In this document: positions 12,638 to 25,753 of the stretch, piece after piece | How positions within the stretch are numbered: the stretch's first letter is position 1 | Layout: each line of letters starts with the position of its first letter | Source of the DNA: Marsupella aquatica | Lineage: Eukaryota; Plantae; Marchantiophyta | NCBI GenBank assembly: GCA_973895155.1 | Contig: OZ316898.1 | Location: 1,118,751 to 1,182,750 of the forward strand | Direction of reading: 5' to 3' | Length of the DNA: 64,000 nucleotides | Notes under the pieces: generated by a model | Told to the model about the DNA's origin: nothing | The model's input: the letters and a program-made list of their open reading frames with translations, nothing else | The model's database searches: none | Made by a program: the position numbers and the translations under genes

Positions 12638-14864
12638 CAAAGAAAAAGAATCTGAGTGTCAAGATTCCAAGATTTATGGTTGTTTTTTTCCAATTGTGGA
12701 ATGGTCTTTGCACAAGCAGGGCTACCTGCTTGCAACAAAAGCAAGCCCCTACGGATCGGGGCCATGAATCACACCTTCGGGTTCACTAGATGGAGGGTAA
12801 TACACATGTGCAACGGGTTGGGTTATTTATGATCCCCTAATCATTCTATATAAAGTTTTATGACACCACTCATATGAGGACAGATGACATCTTCAATCAA
12901 TAAAACTTGTATTTCCACTAAGCATTTCCTAAAATGATTATAATGACCCTATACTTTGCTGCACTTAATGTGTCACTTATGCCGGAAGTGACCCTCAGTG
13001 AGAACCACATGACCCCGATAGACTATGTGTAAGGTGACACTCACTAAATTGGACCAAGTTGGGAGGCTTGACGGAAACCTGTGAGAAAGATGGAATACTT
13101 AGCCCCGGTCCAAGTCCATTGGTTACTGTCACAAGTCAACAATGTTTTAGTGACAGCAGGCCACTGCAATTATCCTTCCCGCTGTAAGCTGTTTCCAAAT
13201 CATGAACCTGTGGAGAGCTCACAAAGTCCAGGCATGAGAGATTATGAGGAATCTTCAGAGGAATTGAAATAAATCAAACACCAAATTTACTCGTATTCAA
13301 CTGGGTAATAAGCTTAGCAATAGATGTTGAAGGCCTGACATGCTAAAACGATGTTGAAATTATAGAGAGACTGAAATAGATGTGCATGATTGCCCTCCTC
13401 AATTGCCAGGCTATTATACTGAAAGGAGTTCCCATCCAATTCTGATTGGTACAGTACCATCTGAACAAGACTTGAAGTTGTTCTATATAGTTTTGGCAGG
13501 AAATTGGTGGCTCAGAATCCCACACTGCAAACACTCAATCTTGTCCACACTGGAAATTAGACACAATGGCCTGCAACTAAGGACATGCTAGCACAAGAAA
13601 TCTAATCTGTAATATGTGATTGATACTTGCGAAACCCTGATAATAGAGCAGAACCCCTGATTGCAGTTATGATAGTGTCTGCATTGTTAGGCAAAACCAA
13701 ACTGCTTGTGACCTAGATAATTGTAGAAGTGAAGATATAGCCAGTGAGCCCTTCAAAGTCCAGGGTTCTTCCAACCCATCACAAACAAATAAGTATAGGG
13801 AATTTTACTGGATTTGTTGATAGACTTACAATTTTTGTGGAAGAGCATTAGGGTTTGATTAACCCAACTTTGAGCACTTTCAGTAAAGATAGTGTTTAAA
13901 AACCAGAAATATTTACAAAGAAAGTATTATTATCATTTTATCACCCAAAAGCGTTACGCTCAATTTGGTACCAGGCTCCCAAGCTTCAAATGAAGTTGCA
14001 TTTGGATGAGGTACAAAAAAGACATCCTCATCCAAACGTGACTTCATAAAAAGGACCAATGTACAAACCAAAATTTGATTGAGCTTAATGCCAGAAAGTC
14101 CGTTGGAAAACCAGGACAACCAATGGAACTGGAAGTTTACATTATCTTATTGTTGAAAGAAAAGACTGAATGGACACAAGGGAATTAGGGAACCCCCATT
14201 CACCGGTTTTTTGAGTGGCAAATATATGCTAGATGCCACCTCTGAGTCTTAGCCACTTCTAGCAAAATTTTGCTATTTTTTTTATGTCCCATTGGCCAGT
14301 TCCCATCTAGTCACAGGCCCCACAGCCAGAGTTTAACGGCTCTCCTTAAATCTAGGGAGATCTAACGGTCAGAAAATGATCTGGGAATTAGTCTTCTCCT
14401 TCATACACCTGACATGCTCCATTCGAACTAATAAGGAAAAATCTTAAAGATTACACTGGCCCCATTGACTCATAGAAAGCATTAAAACCAGCCTCATACC
14501 AGTATCCACAGCGTTTTCAGAGTAATTTCACTTTCAGCGTAAGTGAGCCCATCCAAGTCTCTGGAACCAGCTTTGGTGTCTATGGGAGCTTTCCTTTCTA
14601 TATCTTCTAGGGGAATTATAGAGCGGTAGGGACCGAGGGTATGTCCTCGAGGAAGGAAACACTGATATATCTGCCTAGAACAGGATGCTTCCATCCGCCC
14701 TTCCTCGCCGGGCCAGGAGCCGCATGTGGGGCCGGTAGCCCGGGACCAGGTGTGGGCTGTGGGCACTGGATGTGGCCAAGTTGGCCGACTGCGCAGCCGC
14801 GTGATTATTCCTACGAAGGGCTTAGAAGTCGACGACAGCACGAACGTTGACCGAGGACCCTAGG

Positions 14865-15185
14865 TACAGTGTCACGCTCTCTAACATTACACAGTCATCA
14901 CCGTCCCTGTCGGCTATAGTCGCGAACTTACAGCGTCACGCTCTCTGCATTACACAGTAAGCACTGTCGCTGTCGGCGTTATTCGGCCATAGTTGCGAAA
15001 TTACAGCGTCACGCTCTCTACATTACACAGTAAGCACTATCCTGTCGGCGTTACTCGGCTATAGTCGCGAAATTACAGCGTCACGCTCTCTAAATTACAC
15101 AGTAAGCACCGTCGCTGTCGGCGTTATTCGGCTATGGTTGCAAGATTACAGCGTCACGCTATGGGGTTTACATAGTAAGCACAGT
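14865..15185 (+). repeat. ~72-bp CpG-rich minisatellite, about 4.5 copies
   Basis: Unit TTACAGCGTCACGCTCTCTACATTACACAGTAAGCACTGTCGCTGTCGGCGTTATTCGGCTATAGTCGCGAAA starts at ~14865, 14928, 15001, 15072 and 15146. Confidence 0.9.
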
Positions 15186-15948
15186 AAAGGAGTGTGGCGA
15201 ATGACTGCGCGTCCGACCGGCTGAGGAAGGCAAAAGGAAGCAGACTGCTGAGGAGTGACGAAGAGTGAAGACTCTCTCATATCATCAGTGATCAGTCGGT
15301 AGATCCGCTGACCTGAGACTGAGCGCTTGAGCAGGCTGGCAGGATTGTCCGAGTCCCGAGTCCCGACCATTTCGGGACAAGAAACCGAGTGATTGATGGT
15401 CTTCTTCCTCCTCTCCATGACTCCACTACTCCTGTGCTACGTCTCGACCTCCTCCGTCTCTCGTCTCCTGCTGTTATGAGGCGGATGGGCGTGTATCGTT
15501 CCTCATCAACGAATTGGCCGACGCAGCAACAATACTTCTGATGTGCAGTGGCTGCTGCGGGTGGCTTGGATTTGAATGCTCTGGTTTCTTTGTGTGTGGT
15601 TTTTTTGTTGTGAGTCTCAGGAAGTCTTCGGTTTTTTGTTGAATCTGTTTGAATCAGATACGACTGTAATTTTATTAGCTCGCATGTTCCTGAGAGTGCT
15701 GAAAGAAACTGGACAGGACTTCGAGAGAAAATAGGTTCAATTTGATTTCGTCATCCGAATTGTCAGTTTAGCTGCGAGAGAGTGAGTGAGTTAGTGAATT
15801 GAGAACGGGGCGCGGAGGATTTCAGAAGTTTACTGAAGGGGGAGGAGGACCAAAAGAACCCGAGGAGTGTTAGAGAATTGAGAGGGATTGGAGACATTGG
15901 GGAGGAAAGGTGGATTGACAGTGGCAGCTGAGGAGGAGGGGCAACAAG

Positions 15949-16860
15949 ATGAATGATCTATTGAGCAAGGCGTTTTCCCGGAGAGAAGATCGCGGCCATA
16001 ATGATGTTGAGTCCGGAGGCGGGATTGAGATGGAGAGCATGAACGGAGCGCTCGCCCCTTTCTTCGAGGAGGTGAGTGTGATTAAAAATGAGATGGAAGT
16101 TATTAAGCAGCTTCTCGTCAAGCTGCAGGAGGCCAATGAGGAGAGCAAGAGCATTACCAAAGCTGCGGCGATGAAGGCTCTCCGGAACAGGATGGACCAG
16201 GACGTGAAGCAGGTCACCAATGCCGCCAAGTCCGTTAAGGGGAAGCTCGAGGCGCTGGACAAGGCGAATGTCGAAAGCCGAAAGACCAAGGGCTGTGGGG
16301 AAGGTTCCCCCACGGACCGGACTCGGACGGCCCTCACGAACAGCCTGCGGAAAAAGCTGAAGGACTACATGGACAATTTCTCCAGCCTCAGGACGAAGAT
16401 TATGGGCGAGTACAAGGACACCATCGAGAGACGGTACTACACCGTGACAGGCAACAAGCCAGACGAGGAGACTCTGGACCACATCATCGAGACCGGGGAG
16501 AGCGAGACGTTCCTCCAGAAGGCCATCCAGGAACAAGGCCGGGGTCAAGTGCTCGACACGATCAGGGAAATCCAGGAGAGACACGATGGAGTGAAGGAAA
16601 TCGAGAAGAGTTTGCTTGAGTTGCACCAAATCTTCCTGGACATGGCGGTGCTCGTCGAGGCGCAAGGCGAGCAGCTGAACGACATTGAGGCTAACGTCAA
16701 CAGGGCCCATTCGTATGTGGGGCAAGCTACCAATCAACTCTTCGTAGCCAAGCGGATCCAAAGAAACACCCGGAAGTGTTGTTGTTTTGCATGGATCTTA
16801 ATACTTATTGCCATCCTTATCGTCACTCTCGTCGTCTTGAAGATCACTAATGTAATCTAG
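15949..16860 (+). CDS. SYP1-family plasma-membrane Qa-SNARE syntaxin (SYP12/13-like), intronless CDS
   Basis: 303-aa ORF with a Habc domain, RRYYTVTG, the SNARE motif EIQERHDGVKEIEKSLLELHQIFLDMAVLVEAQGEQLNDIE, and a C-terminal transmembrane helix after RKCCC. Confidence 0.96.
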   Translation: MNDLLSKAFSRREDRGHNDVESGGGIEMESMNGALAPFFEEVSVIKNEMEVIKQLLVKLQEANEESKSITKAAAMKALRNRMDQDVKQVTNAAKSVKGKLEALDKANVESRKTKGCGEGSPTDRTRTALTNSLRKKLKDYMDNFSSLRTKIMGEYKDTIERRYYTVTGNKPDEETLDHIIETGESETFLQKAIQEQGRGQVLDTIREIQERHDGVKEIEKSLLELHQIFLDMAVLVEAQGEQLNDIEANVNRAHSYVGQATNQLFVAKRIQRNTRKCCCFAWILILIAILIVTLVVLKITNVI

Positions 16861-18299
16861 TAACTTTACAAAGCAATCCTGAGTGTAATTTTCATACGAT
16901 TCCTGGCCGGGTGGTGCATGTCCACACACTCACCTTCAGGTGGAGTTTTAGAGAGTGCAGTTTTGAGTACAGATGCATCGAGAATTGCGAGGACTGAGCC
17001 CTATGTATAGTACACTTTTGGACTATCTCGGTGGTTCTGTCTTAGCTATGGATTCGTGGCCTAGTGAGGTTTTCAGTTATGGGCTAAGAAAAGCGAAATA
17101 CCACCTTAATTATGGTGGACATCAATTCAAAGCCTAGAGAGGTGCCGGTATTCATGTTTCCGAAGGTTGACATGTACAATAGAATTGGTAATAGCAAATG
17201 TCTCTGAAGGCGAACACGAGGGTACAGGATTAGGCAGAACATTGACCTGTTCCTACCTATTGTTCGGAAGGTGAAGAAGTGCCCCACGACGACTAGGTCA
17301 ATCCAAGTTGCTCCCGACCTCTTTTGGGGTCAAGACGACTCGGTCCGAATATGAACATTATAAGCGAACTAGCAAGCTGGTTGACATACCGGGGGACCCA
17401 TTGTTTCCAGTTTTTGTACGATGTTTGTAATTAGGGTGGAAGGTGTGCAGTAAATCAATCTACAAGTGTTTGAGTACTCTCTTTGATCCCCTCGTCTCCA
17501 GATTCGATTATGACCATCTACATCGGACGGGCTTCACAGTTCACCTCGGCGTACGCCAATGAGCTTTGGTGTTTGGAACTGGATTCTCTGGTTTCTGTGA
17601 ATCCTCTCTGCTCATTATAGATTTTGGAATGTAAATGGTTGCCACGTTCTCAGACGTGGGACACGGTTTGGAATCTGTGTATGCAAAGGCCCGAATGCTG
17701 AATTGAACCCTTCTGGTGTCTGCGAACTTCGTAAAGAGCAATTCGTCAATCATCTAACATGTGGGCGAGTGATCGTCCTACCTACCTTTCAATCGATTTG
17801 GCTATTCCGGAGTGATCGTCATCGATTGGATCTTGAAACTTACAATCGATGTGACGGCGGCCTCGCCGTGGTGGAGACCATTGCACGACTGTGCGACGAC
17901 ATTTCTATAACGCAATTGTCTAATCACTCTCCCTAAACTTTATAAGTTTCCATAACTATTTATAAGTCAGTCAGCTCATTCCAATTGTACATCACATCCG
18001 AAGGTTGCGTGCAGGAAAAGATCGAAGTGAGGTATGCTCCTATTCTATGTCCTCTCATCCTCTAGGACCTGGTCACTTGGTTTTGGTGACCTTGGTAGCT
18101 TTGTCAGCGGAATATAGCAGTGAATAGGAATGCAAGCACAGCAGGTAGCCGCCATGGCTTGCCTACTGCAGATAGAGTAGAGCAATCGCCCAGAGTCTTT
18201 GTCATCGTTCTCTCCAGTTGCTACTTTTGATGTAAAGATGGGGACGGAAGATTCTCTGGGATCCTGAAAAGTCTATCCTTCTTTGCCAGTAGACCAGGA

Positions 18300-18348
18300 C
18301 ATGTACACAAGTGACACCTCCTCCATGACAGTGTCACTTGTGTACATG
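18300..18348. repeat. Perfect 18-bp inverted repeat with a 13-nt loop
   Basis: CATGTACACAAGTGACAC at 18300-18317 and GTGTCACTTGTGTACATG at 18331-18348. Confidence 0.9.
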
Positions 18349-18615
18349 AGAATTCTTGCTTTGACTGTAGTGTGGAATTCCATGTGGACCTGGTCAACTG
18401 GTGATATTAGGGACTGGAGTTAAACCACAACTGCCCTTCAAAAGCTACAGTTACCATTAAAAGGAGATTTTTCCTGAAATTGTGGAACAAACTGGTATGC
18501 TAGAGAAGAACAATGATTGAAATGTGGAAAAAAGGGGAGGTCTTGGACACTTCCCCTTATATAGGGCAAGTTGTGGTTTAAGGCAACTAGTGAATCAACT
18601 CCTTCGCTGGATCCG

Positions 18616-18729
18616 TGTTGCCGGAGGATGTGTGGAATGTGGTTTTTGCTCCTTGTTACCCGAGGATGTGTGGAGTGTGGTTTTTGCTCCTTGTTGCCAG
18701 AGGATGTGTGGAGCGTGGATTTTTGCTTT
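18616..18729 (+). repeat. 38-bp tandem repeat, 3 copies
   Basis: TGTTGCCGGAGGATGTGTGGAATGTGGTTTTTGCTCCT repeated three times with few changes. Confidence 0.9.
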
Positions 18730-21700
18730 TGAGGGGGTTGTGTTGGACAGACCAGTTCAGTAGGTCTTGTACAAAGTTCTTCTTGTACAAGGAGACTTGC
18801 CAACTTGGTTTGGGAGGACTAGTACATGGATTAAGAAACTCATATTTTTATCATTTTATAACAAACGCATACCTAGCCTTTTCTGGTCAAGGTGCAAGCC
18901 CCAAAGTCATTTTGGAGGAGACTGCAACTCATTCTCCGTTGCTTTACAAGACCTTGGGGGCAGTTTTGACTGTTTTTGTCCCAAAGCTAATGTTTCGACC
19001 ATGTAGTATCCTAAAGATAGTGTACCGGGGCTAAATGAGAGTATGGAATCATTTTAAGGTCCCCAATGTCTTGTCAAGCCATCTGGAGCAAATGGTGCTA
19101 GAATAATTTGCTAGGAGATAAGTTGGGGACCCACTCCACCTAAAACTCACTTAGTTCTTTGCCTAGGGCCTGCAGCATGTGAAAGACTCAGAATAGAAAC
19201 ACCAAGGGATCAGGAGGAGAGAGGTGGTCTAAAATCTGGGACAAAAGTGTCCTCCAAATAAGCAAAACTTGGACCCCACTCCATTTCATATAAGATTCAC
19301 AAAAGTTTAGAAAAAAATGGCCGACAATGTTTTGTAAAGTAAACAGCAGTTGTATCTCCCCAATGGATGGCCGATCAGATCTTGGAGACCAGAAAAATAT
19401 GGAAGTCCGACAACATCTTGTAAAGCCACCATAATAAGTGCTGGAGAGAGAATTGGGCTGAGAAGAAAATGCATCCCAACAGCTATCTAAATCAATCATC
19501 TAATGACACATGTCATTTTTAGTTTTTAGACCCTGATCTCCATACCTCTGTTGCGACTCTCCTTCAAACTAGAAAAAATAACCCATGCTAATTTGTACAT
19601 GATGGGCTATCCACCTGGAAATGAGACCCACACACTCAAGAACATACAAAGGGCATTATCCATAGGCCTTGACACTACAGATAGAATATTGCTGTGAAGG
19701 GTCCAACCAAATTGAACTCCTCCCATTTCTGGAGTTGTTAAAATAAAAGCCCTTTGGTCTTTGAAAGAATAATTCCCTTAATCTCTGAATTGGCTTTGCA
19801 AATCTAGGTCACCTATTTGAATGGAGTTTTCCTCGAAGCACGAAAGGTGGATGGATGAAGATTTTAATCATGGTTTCAATCTTAACTAGGACATTCCAAA
19901 ATTTGCTCTCTACTATATCTCAGCAAGGTTTATTTGAGTGCATCTTCTTCTTTGAACTCGAACCTGCGCTTGGGTCCAGCCTACAATTTGAGGAGTAGAT
20001 CGTATCTCACTTGGGAGAGTGGATAGCTGTTCCTGAAATCGCTGCTGTTTGCTGTTCCAGGTGGTTCGGAGCTCCTCCACATGGACTTCCGGCACAGTTG
20101 CCCCCCTTCGTTCCATACGACATGGATTGAACAGATCGCAGAGCTGATTTATCTCGACCATGTGCTCCCGAATGCGTCTGTCGTCTTCTGATTGTTATAC
20201 CCGCAGCTGAATTGATTTCATTTGTGAATTTTGACGCTCGGTAAATGATATCGGTTCGTACGCAGACAGTTGCTCACTTGCACACTACTTGTCAGCACTT
20301 ATGCAAAATCGTCTACTGCAGTCCGAGAAATGAAGCCATTTGTTGACAGTTTGGGAATCGATTCCTGGGCAGAGATCACTTGGACACTAATTTCGAGCAC
20401 TGATACAAGAAAGGGCATTTTTTAAGCGTTTGTAAAGTGATTCCTACGCAGCCAGATGTTCACTTGCACACTAGTCTTGAGCAAAGATGGAATTCAAACA
20501 TCCACAGACAGCAGTCCCAAGGACGACATGCCTGACAATCTGTAACTCCCACATTAAACTACACCTTCTAAGATCCAGTCCAGAAGTGTCTCGCCAGGCA
20601 GCTGGTCCAGGATCTGCCTCTCCTCTGATTTATTCTTATCGCCACTTCAGAATCCACTAGCTTGGTGGAGCCGCGTGGTCAGATGCGAGTTCCACAAAAA
20701 CGGTCTGTGGGTCTATGGCCTTTAACGGTATCATGTGCAATCTTCTATCTCTTGCCTTGCCATGACCTCTAGATGTTGAAGCAATGCGAACAGATACTGA
20801 CAAGGATTGCGCAGGCTTCAATCATGATAATGAGCAGCAGTGGGGCAGGCCAGACAAAATCACCAAATGAATATGTTCAAACGATTGACATGTCGATGGC
20901 TCCTGCGATTCCCAAACCCATCCTACCGCCGAGAGTAATGCGAAAGTCCTGTTTGGAAGTGCTAAATCCTCAAAGCCTACATTTGGGAATTCTTTCATCA
21001 GCCCGCATCCCATTTTAGTGAACTCAGGGTAAACGCGCCGTAATTGATTGCCTGGTCAACCCAATCTTCCTTCAAAGCATCGATTAGAGCTTCTGCAGAG
21101 TTGTTGTAACTTCAAACAGGAAAATATGTCAAAAGAGAGCTTCTGCTTCACAAAGCTGATTAATATCCTAAAGAAGTCTCTCTTTCGTTTGTACAAATGT
21201 GCTTGCATCCCTTCAATTATTATTTTTTCCGTCACTGGATTGCCCACTACTCCAAATGGGCTGTCGGGACCGCTGAGCATCTCATAGTGACTACAGCAAT
21301 TCCTTTGCAATGAAGAGAAAGACACCGTAACAGCAACGAAAGATGAAAACAGATTCAGAGCCACCCCTGGTCCGGGCCCCACTAGGAGCAAATCACGATG
21401 GATTGCTCCACAGAATTTATCCGAGGATTAGCTTTTAATTGCCATGGTTTGGCCAGAAGTTGACGCAGACACTTTATTCCATTGCTCGTAAGTAGACCTT
21501 CATGGCCGTAAATTTTCGGCTACAAGGAAGCGGAAGTTTCTGTTCTTTGCTCGTCTGTCCAAAGGGAGCTTCGGAGTACTCAGGCAAGACGGTACCATCC
21601 AAATGAACGTCCAGAGCAAAAACCACGGAACCCTACTTGAGCTACTATTGAGAAACAGAGTGCACAGAAAATCCAGGGAAGACCTGTAAGAATGCACAGA

Positions 21701-21835
21701 ATTACAGAAGCAACCCTGAAACCGTGGACAAAATCCTTCAAAACCCTACCAAGCCATCCAAATGCGAACCCAGTGTAGATTAACGTGAGGGTATCAATTC
21801 CCAAAAATAAAAATGAATCATCCGCTGCTGCCTTT

Positions 21836-22423
21836 TCACTTAATATTAACTACAGCTCCTGCTGCCTCTAGCTGCTTCTTGGCCTCCTCTGCGTCCTCCT
21901 TGCCCGTTCCCTCCTTCACCTTCTTCGGGAGCCCCTCGATGAGATCCTTGGCCTCCTTCAATCCCAGGCTAGTGATCGCCCTCACGGCCTTAATGACAGC
22001 AATTCGGGCAGACGTCGGCACTTCGGTAAGAATCACGTCGAACTCCGTTTGCTCCTCCACCACGGGCGCGGCCTCTGCGGGAGCTCCAGCCACTCCTCCC
22101 GCAGCAGGGGCGAAGCTCGCGGCCGACACTCCCAGCACCTCTTGCAGCTTGTCGGTGAGCAACCTCGCCTCCGCCAACGTCAAGTTCGAGATCGTCTTCG
22201 TGAGAGACTCGATTTTCTCCTCCACCGAAACCTCCGTCGCCACAGCTCTAATCGCCATCGGCGATCGCCTCGACAAGCACAGTCTCGAGCATTGTCGCGC
22301 TCTCAGAGGAACACCGAAATGCACCTTTTGCCCAACGGTGGCCTTCGATGCAATCCTCGACCCACAAACGGCAGCTGCGGGAATACACACAGCTGATGTC
22401 GAAGCTGCTAGTGTGGCGGCCAT
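21836..22423 (-). CDS. RPL12: Plastid 50S ribosomal protein L12 (bL12c) with transit peptide
   Basis: 195-aa intronless ORF: Ser/Ala/Arg-rich transit peptide, [22 protein letters not shown], and C-terminal domain [10 protein letters not shown]...[33 protein letters not shown]. Confidence 0.97.
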   Translation of the reverse strand: MAATLAASTSAVCIPAAAVCGSRIASKATVGQKVHFGVPLRARQCSRLCLSRRSPMAIRAVATEVSVEEKIESLTKTISNLTLAEARLLTDKLQEVLGVSAASFAPAAGGVAGAPAEAAPVVEEQTEFDVILTEVPTSARIAVIKAVRAITSLGLKEAKDLIEGLPKKVKEGTGKEDAEEAKKQLEAAGAVVNIK

Positions 22424-25400
22424 GGCTGCGAATATCTCAACCTGCTCTCACCTTTCTCCGGACCAGGTTCTTAATTTTTTGTCAGTTTGTTCGACTCGCA
22501 AACGAATAGCGAAATCAAACGAAGGCCAAAGAGAGTGTGAGAGAAGGAGAGAGAGATCAATGGCGAATCACACCAGAGCCCGAAAACTGAGGCAGAGAGA
22601 GAGAGCTCACACCGAGAGACGAATAGCTCTTGCATCACCAAAGCTACTGTACAACGAGAGAACCAGCTTCTGAGCTTCACCAACGCTACTGTACAAGGAG
22701 AGAACCAGCTGGCCTACGTCGGTTGGCCAGGGGATGGGATAAGCCTGGAACTTACTGAGAGGTGGTGGGGTGAGGTGCAAAATTCGTTCTGTTCAATATC
22801 ATTATCTCCAAGCTCCCCTCCCTACAGTAGTTGGCGGCTTTTTTACCCTCCTCTCCTTCCAAGCAAGGGGAGTAGGGGCTTTTCGTCCAGTTAGGAACTG
22901 CAAATCAAAATATGCCAAATATGACATATAAGGCCACATCCCTCCATAATATGATAAGTTTCGTTACTTTCTTTAAATCAACTAGCCCCATTACCCGTTC
23001 CTTGAACATAAATAAACATGCAGTAAAACATTTTTGCATAATAAAATTTCAATGCTATTTCAGTTAATCCTTGTTTTTTTGTCCACTCTCATTTCATTTT
23101 TGTCTATCCTCATTTAATGTTTGTTTTATTCACACTCATAATCACTTTTGTGTGTATGTGTATGAAGGGTTAGGGTCTAGAGGCTAGACCTAGACCCTTA
23201 AGAGTAGACTTTGTTCACGCTTTTATAGGAACATGAGTGCATAATGTATACTACTACCACATTTTGATGTGTGATTACAAGCACTGCTTTTTGACCCTCC
23301 TCGGTTTCCAAGATAGGGGGAAGAGGAACTCCTGGGTAACTTAGAGTGTCCCCTCAGGTAGGCATCTCAAACCTGTAGTTTTGCCTCTGGTAGTGATCAA
23401 GGTCATTTTCCCGGAACTAAAGTGGTGGACACGAAAAAGTTTGTCCTCACACTAGTGGCCGGAGTACGGAACTGGTACTTTCATGCCAGTGAGTCTTTTG
23501 TGGACCTAAAGGTTTGAGATTCCATAGTATATCATGTCTCTCCATCCGAAGTAGGGGGTACATGATCCTCTGGGTTTTGAGCATCCCCACCAGTATATCT
23601 CTCTTTCTCCAAGGTACTAGGGGTGAGAGGACAAGCTTCCGGGTAATTGCACATAAAAAATTGACAGCCAGGTACATATTTACTATGGGTTAGTACTCAA
23701 TATTCTATATAAATCACTAAGTGTTTTACATCAAAATGTTTAATGAATCTTCCTAAATGTGTATCATAAAATCCTTTTCAAGTTTCACATGGAGGACCCT
23801 GATAGTCCCTACAGTAGTGAAGCCAAGTGTGCTTGTTCCCTTGTCATCTGAGGTGAGAACCATAAAAGGATGGAACACCAGGGGATGCACTTACTGGCTT
23901 ATTAGGGCTTGTCAAAGTAGGGCTGTAACTGAACCCTAAACTCAGTTACAACTACATAAACTGCTTTTATTCCAAGACAAAATCACTACTGGAGACCAAA
24001 ATACATACCCCATAAGCATTTTACATCCAAACATCCACAGCCGTAAGACTCTGCTTATGGGAGAACTTTGACATGCTCAATTACATGAACTTTGACATGC
24101 TCAATTACATGTGCAGCCAAACAATTCATGAGCATGAACCTTGTTGTGAAGTCCAACAACCAGACAAAATTTAGTCGGACTATAATTGATGCATCACACA
24201 TGGTAGAAAAATTGTAGTCCTCACCATAACAAAAGTCACTGGGCTCCATCTAGCACTGGTGGGGATTACATTGTTTTGCTCCAAACCAAATCTTATGATG
24301 TAGTGGTGGATATAGCCCATTGGTGGGATGATGTCCATTCACCTCTTTTGCGGGTGTGAGGTATGGAAAGTGTACAGTGCTGCTCCCCTTATGACAGAGA
24401 CTCGGACAATTGCGTCGACACAATTCGTGGACACGAGGAAAACAATTCTCGAGCGAAGGGTACCTGATGGGTGAAGAGAGGGATTTGAGAATGAAAATTG
24501 TCGGTAAAACTGTCCCACACGGACCACTCCCATTTCCCAGGAGACCACCTCGGAGAATTGATGTATCAGGTACTGGTGTTGGCCGTCACTAGCGAGGCAA
24601 TTAATTGTGGGGGATGGTATGCTGACTCTTTTTGAATGGAATTCATTGAGTTTTTTCGAGGCAAAAAATTGATTGTGGGGGATGGGGGGAGACGCAAGCC
24701 ACCCAATCCTCCATGATGAAGCTATGGGAACGACTGCCAGGGTTTGAGTTTCTTCCATGTGAACTAACGCAGAGCTAGGTAGTCTGAAGAAGGTATATAT
24801 TGGATTGTTGAAGTTAGGCCCAGCGTTTACACATTTTGAATGCAAGGAGGATGCTCTGATGTACGTTAGAAAGGATGAACAATCTCGTATTCGGTAACGA
24901 GCAAGATAGAGCACTTCAGGTGATCAATCTTGGCATCCCCAGAACAATGGAAGCAGTGGAAGGGTTCTCAACTTTTCCCCAGATGATGGTGTATGCTATG
25001 AAACTAGGCAAGAATGAAGGGGACCGCATACTCATTAGACCCGAGATTCGGGAGTGGCCTCCGTTGTACATTCGCGCACATAGTTTCTCCACCGAAAACC
25101 TGGTCATATAATTGCTTTTCTATCATTGTGCATCGTCTGTCGAATGCTTCTTGCGTCTAACAAGAGCCTAAGTAAGCACCCTTCCACCTTGGATGGTAGT
25201 AAGAACGAACGCTAAAGTATTCAGTGTATATTGTACATTTTGTGCAATGGCTACCGGGCTCACTCACAATTCTATAGTGAGTCCGGCGAGTCTTGGTAGA
25301 TTGATACGATTTCAACATTCGCTTGTCTATCTAAGTTCTAAGTAGCTTCTCTAACTTCTCTCAGTAGCTGGCTCGAATAAAGGTTTGAGATGGAAGTGGA

Positions 25401-25753
25401 TCATTGAGATATATGAACCTCAGACTTCATGAGCATCGAGCACCTACGATGTGAACGCTCCAACAGAACGTGCTTGGAGGTCTTAGCCGCAGATGGTTGT
25501 ACTTCTTATCCGCGGATGGTTGCCTGCTGTTGTGACTAATTAAGGCTGACTGTACCGTGCCCTTGGTGCTGGGACCGATTGGATTTGACGGATGAATCGA
25601 GTCGGGCTCGATGGAGGCTAGGAATCGTGCAAACGATATTCAATTCCCGACTGAACCCGAAGGGTCGAAAAGTTGGTTACAAACCCAAATGATCATCCTC
25701 CCAACACAAGTACAAAAATATAGCTGTTGCAATTTCGGAGGCCTGGCGGTATC

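Noticed and set aside
14865-15185. CRISPR-like array
   Set aside because: The units repeat along their whole length with no unique spacers, there are no cas genes, and the context is eukaryotic. It is a minisatellite.
15870-16761. Long antisense ORFs over the syntaxin (likewise 21813-22673 over RPL12 and 47683-48264 over purD)
   Set aside because: Shadow ORFs caused by GC-rich codon usage of real genes on the other strand.
24339-25111. ORFs of 60-191 aa in a moderately GC-rich patch
   Set aside because: No recognisable motif in any frame I examined. It may be a decayed gene or TE, but I cannot support a call.
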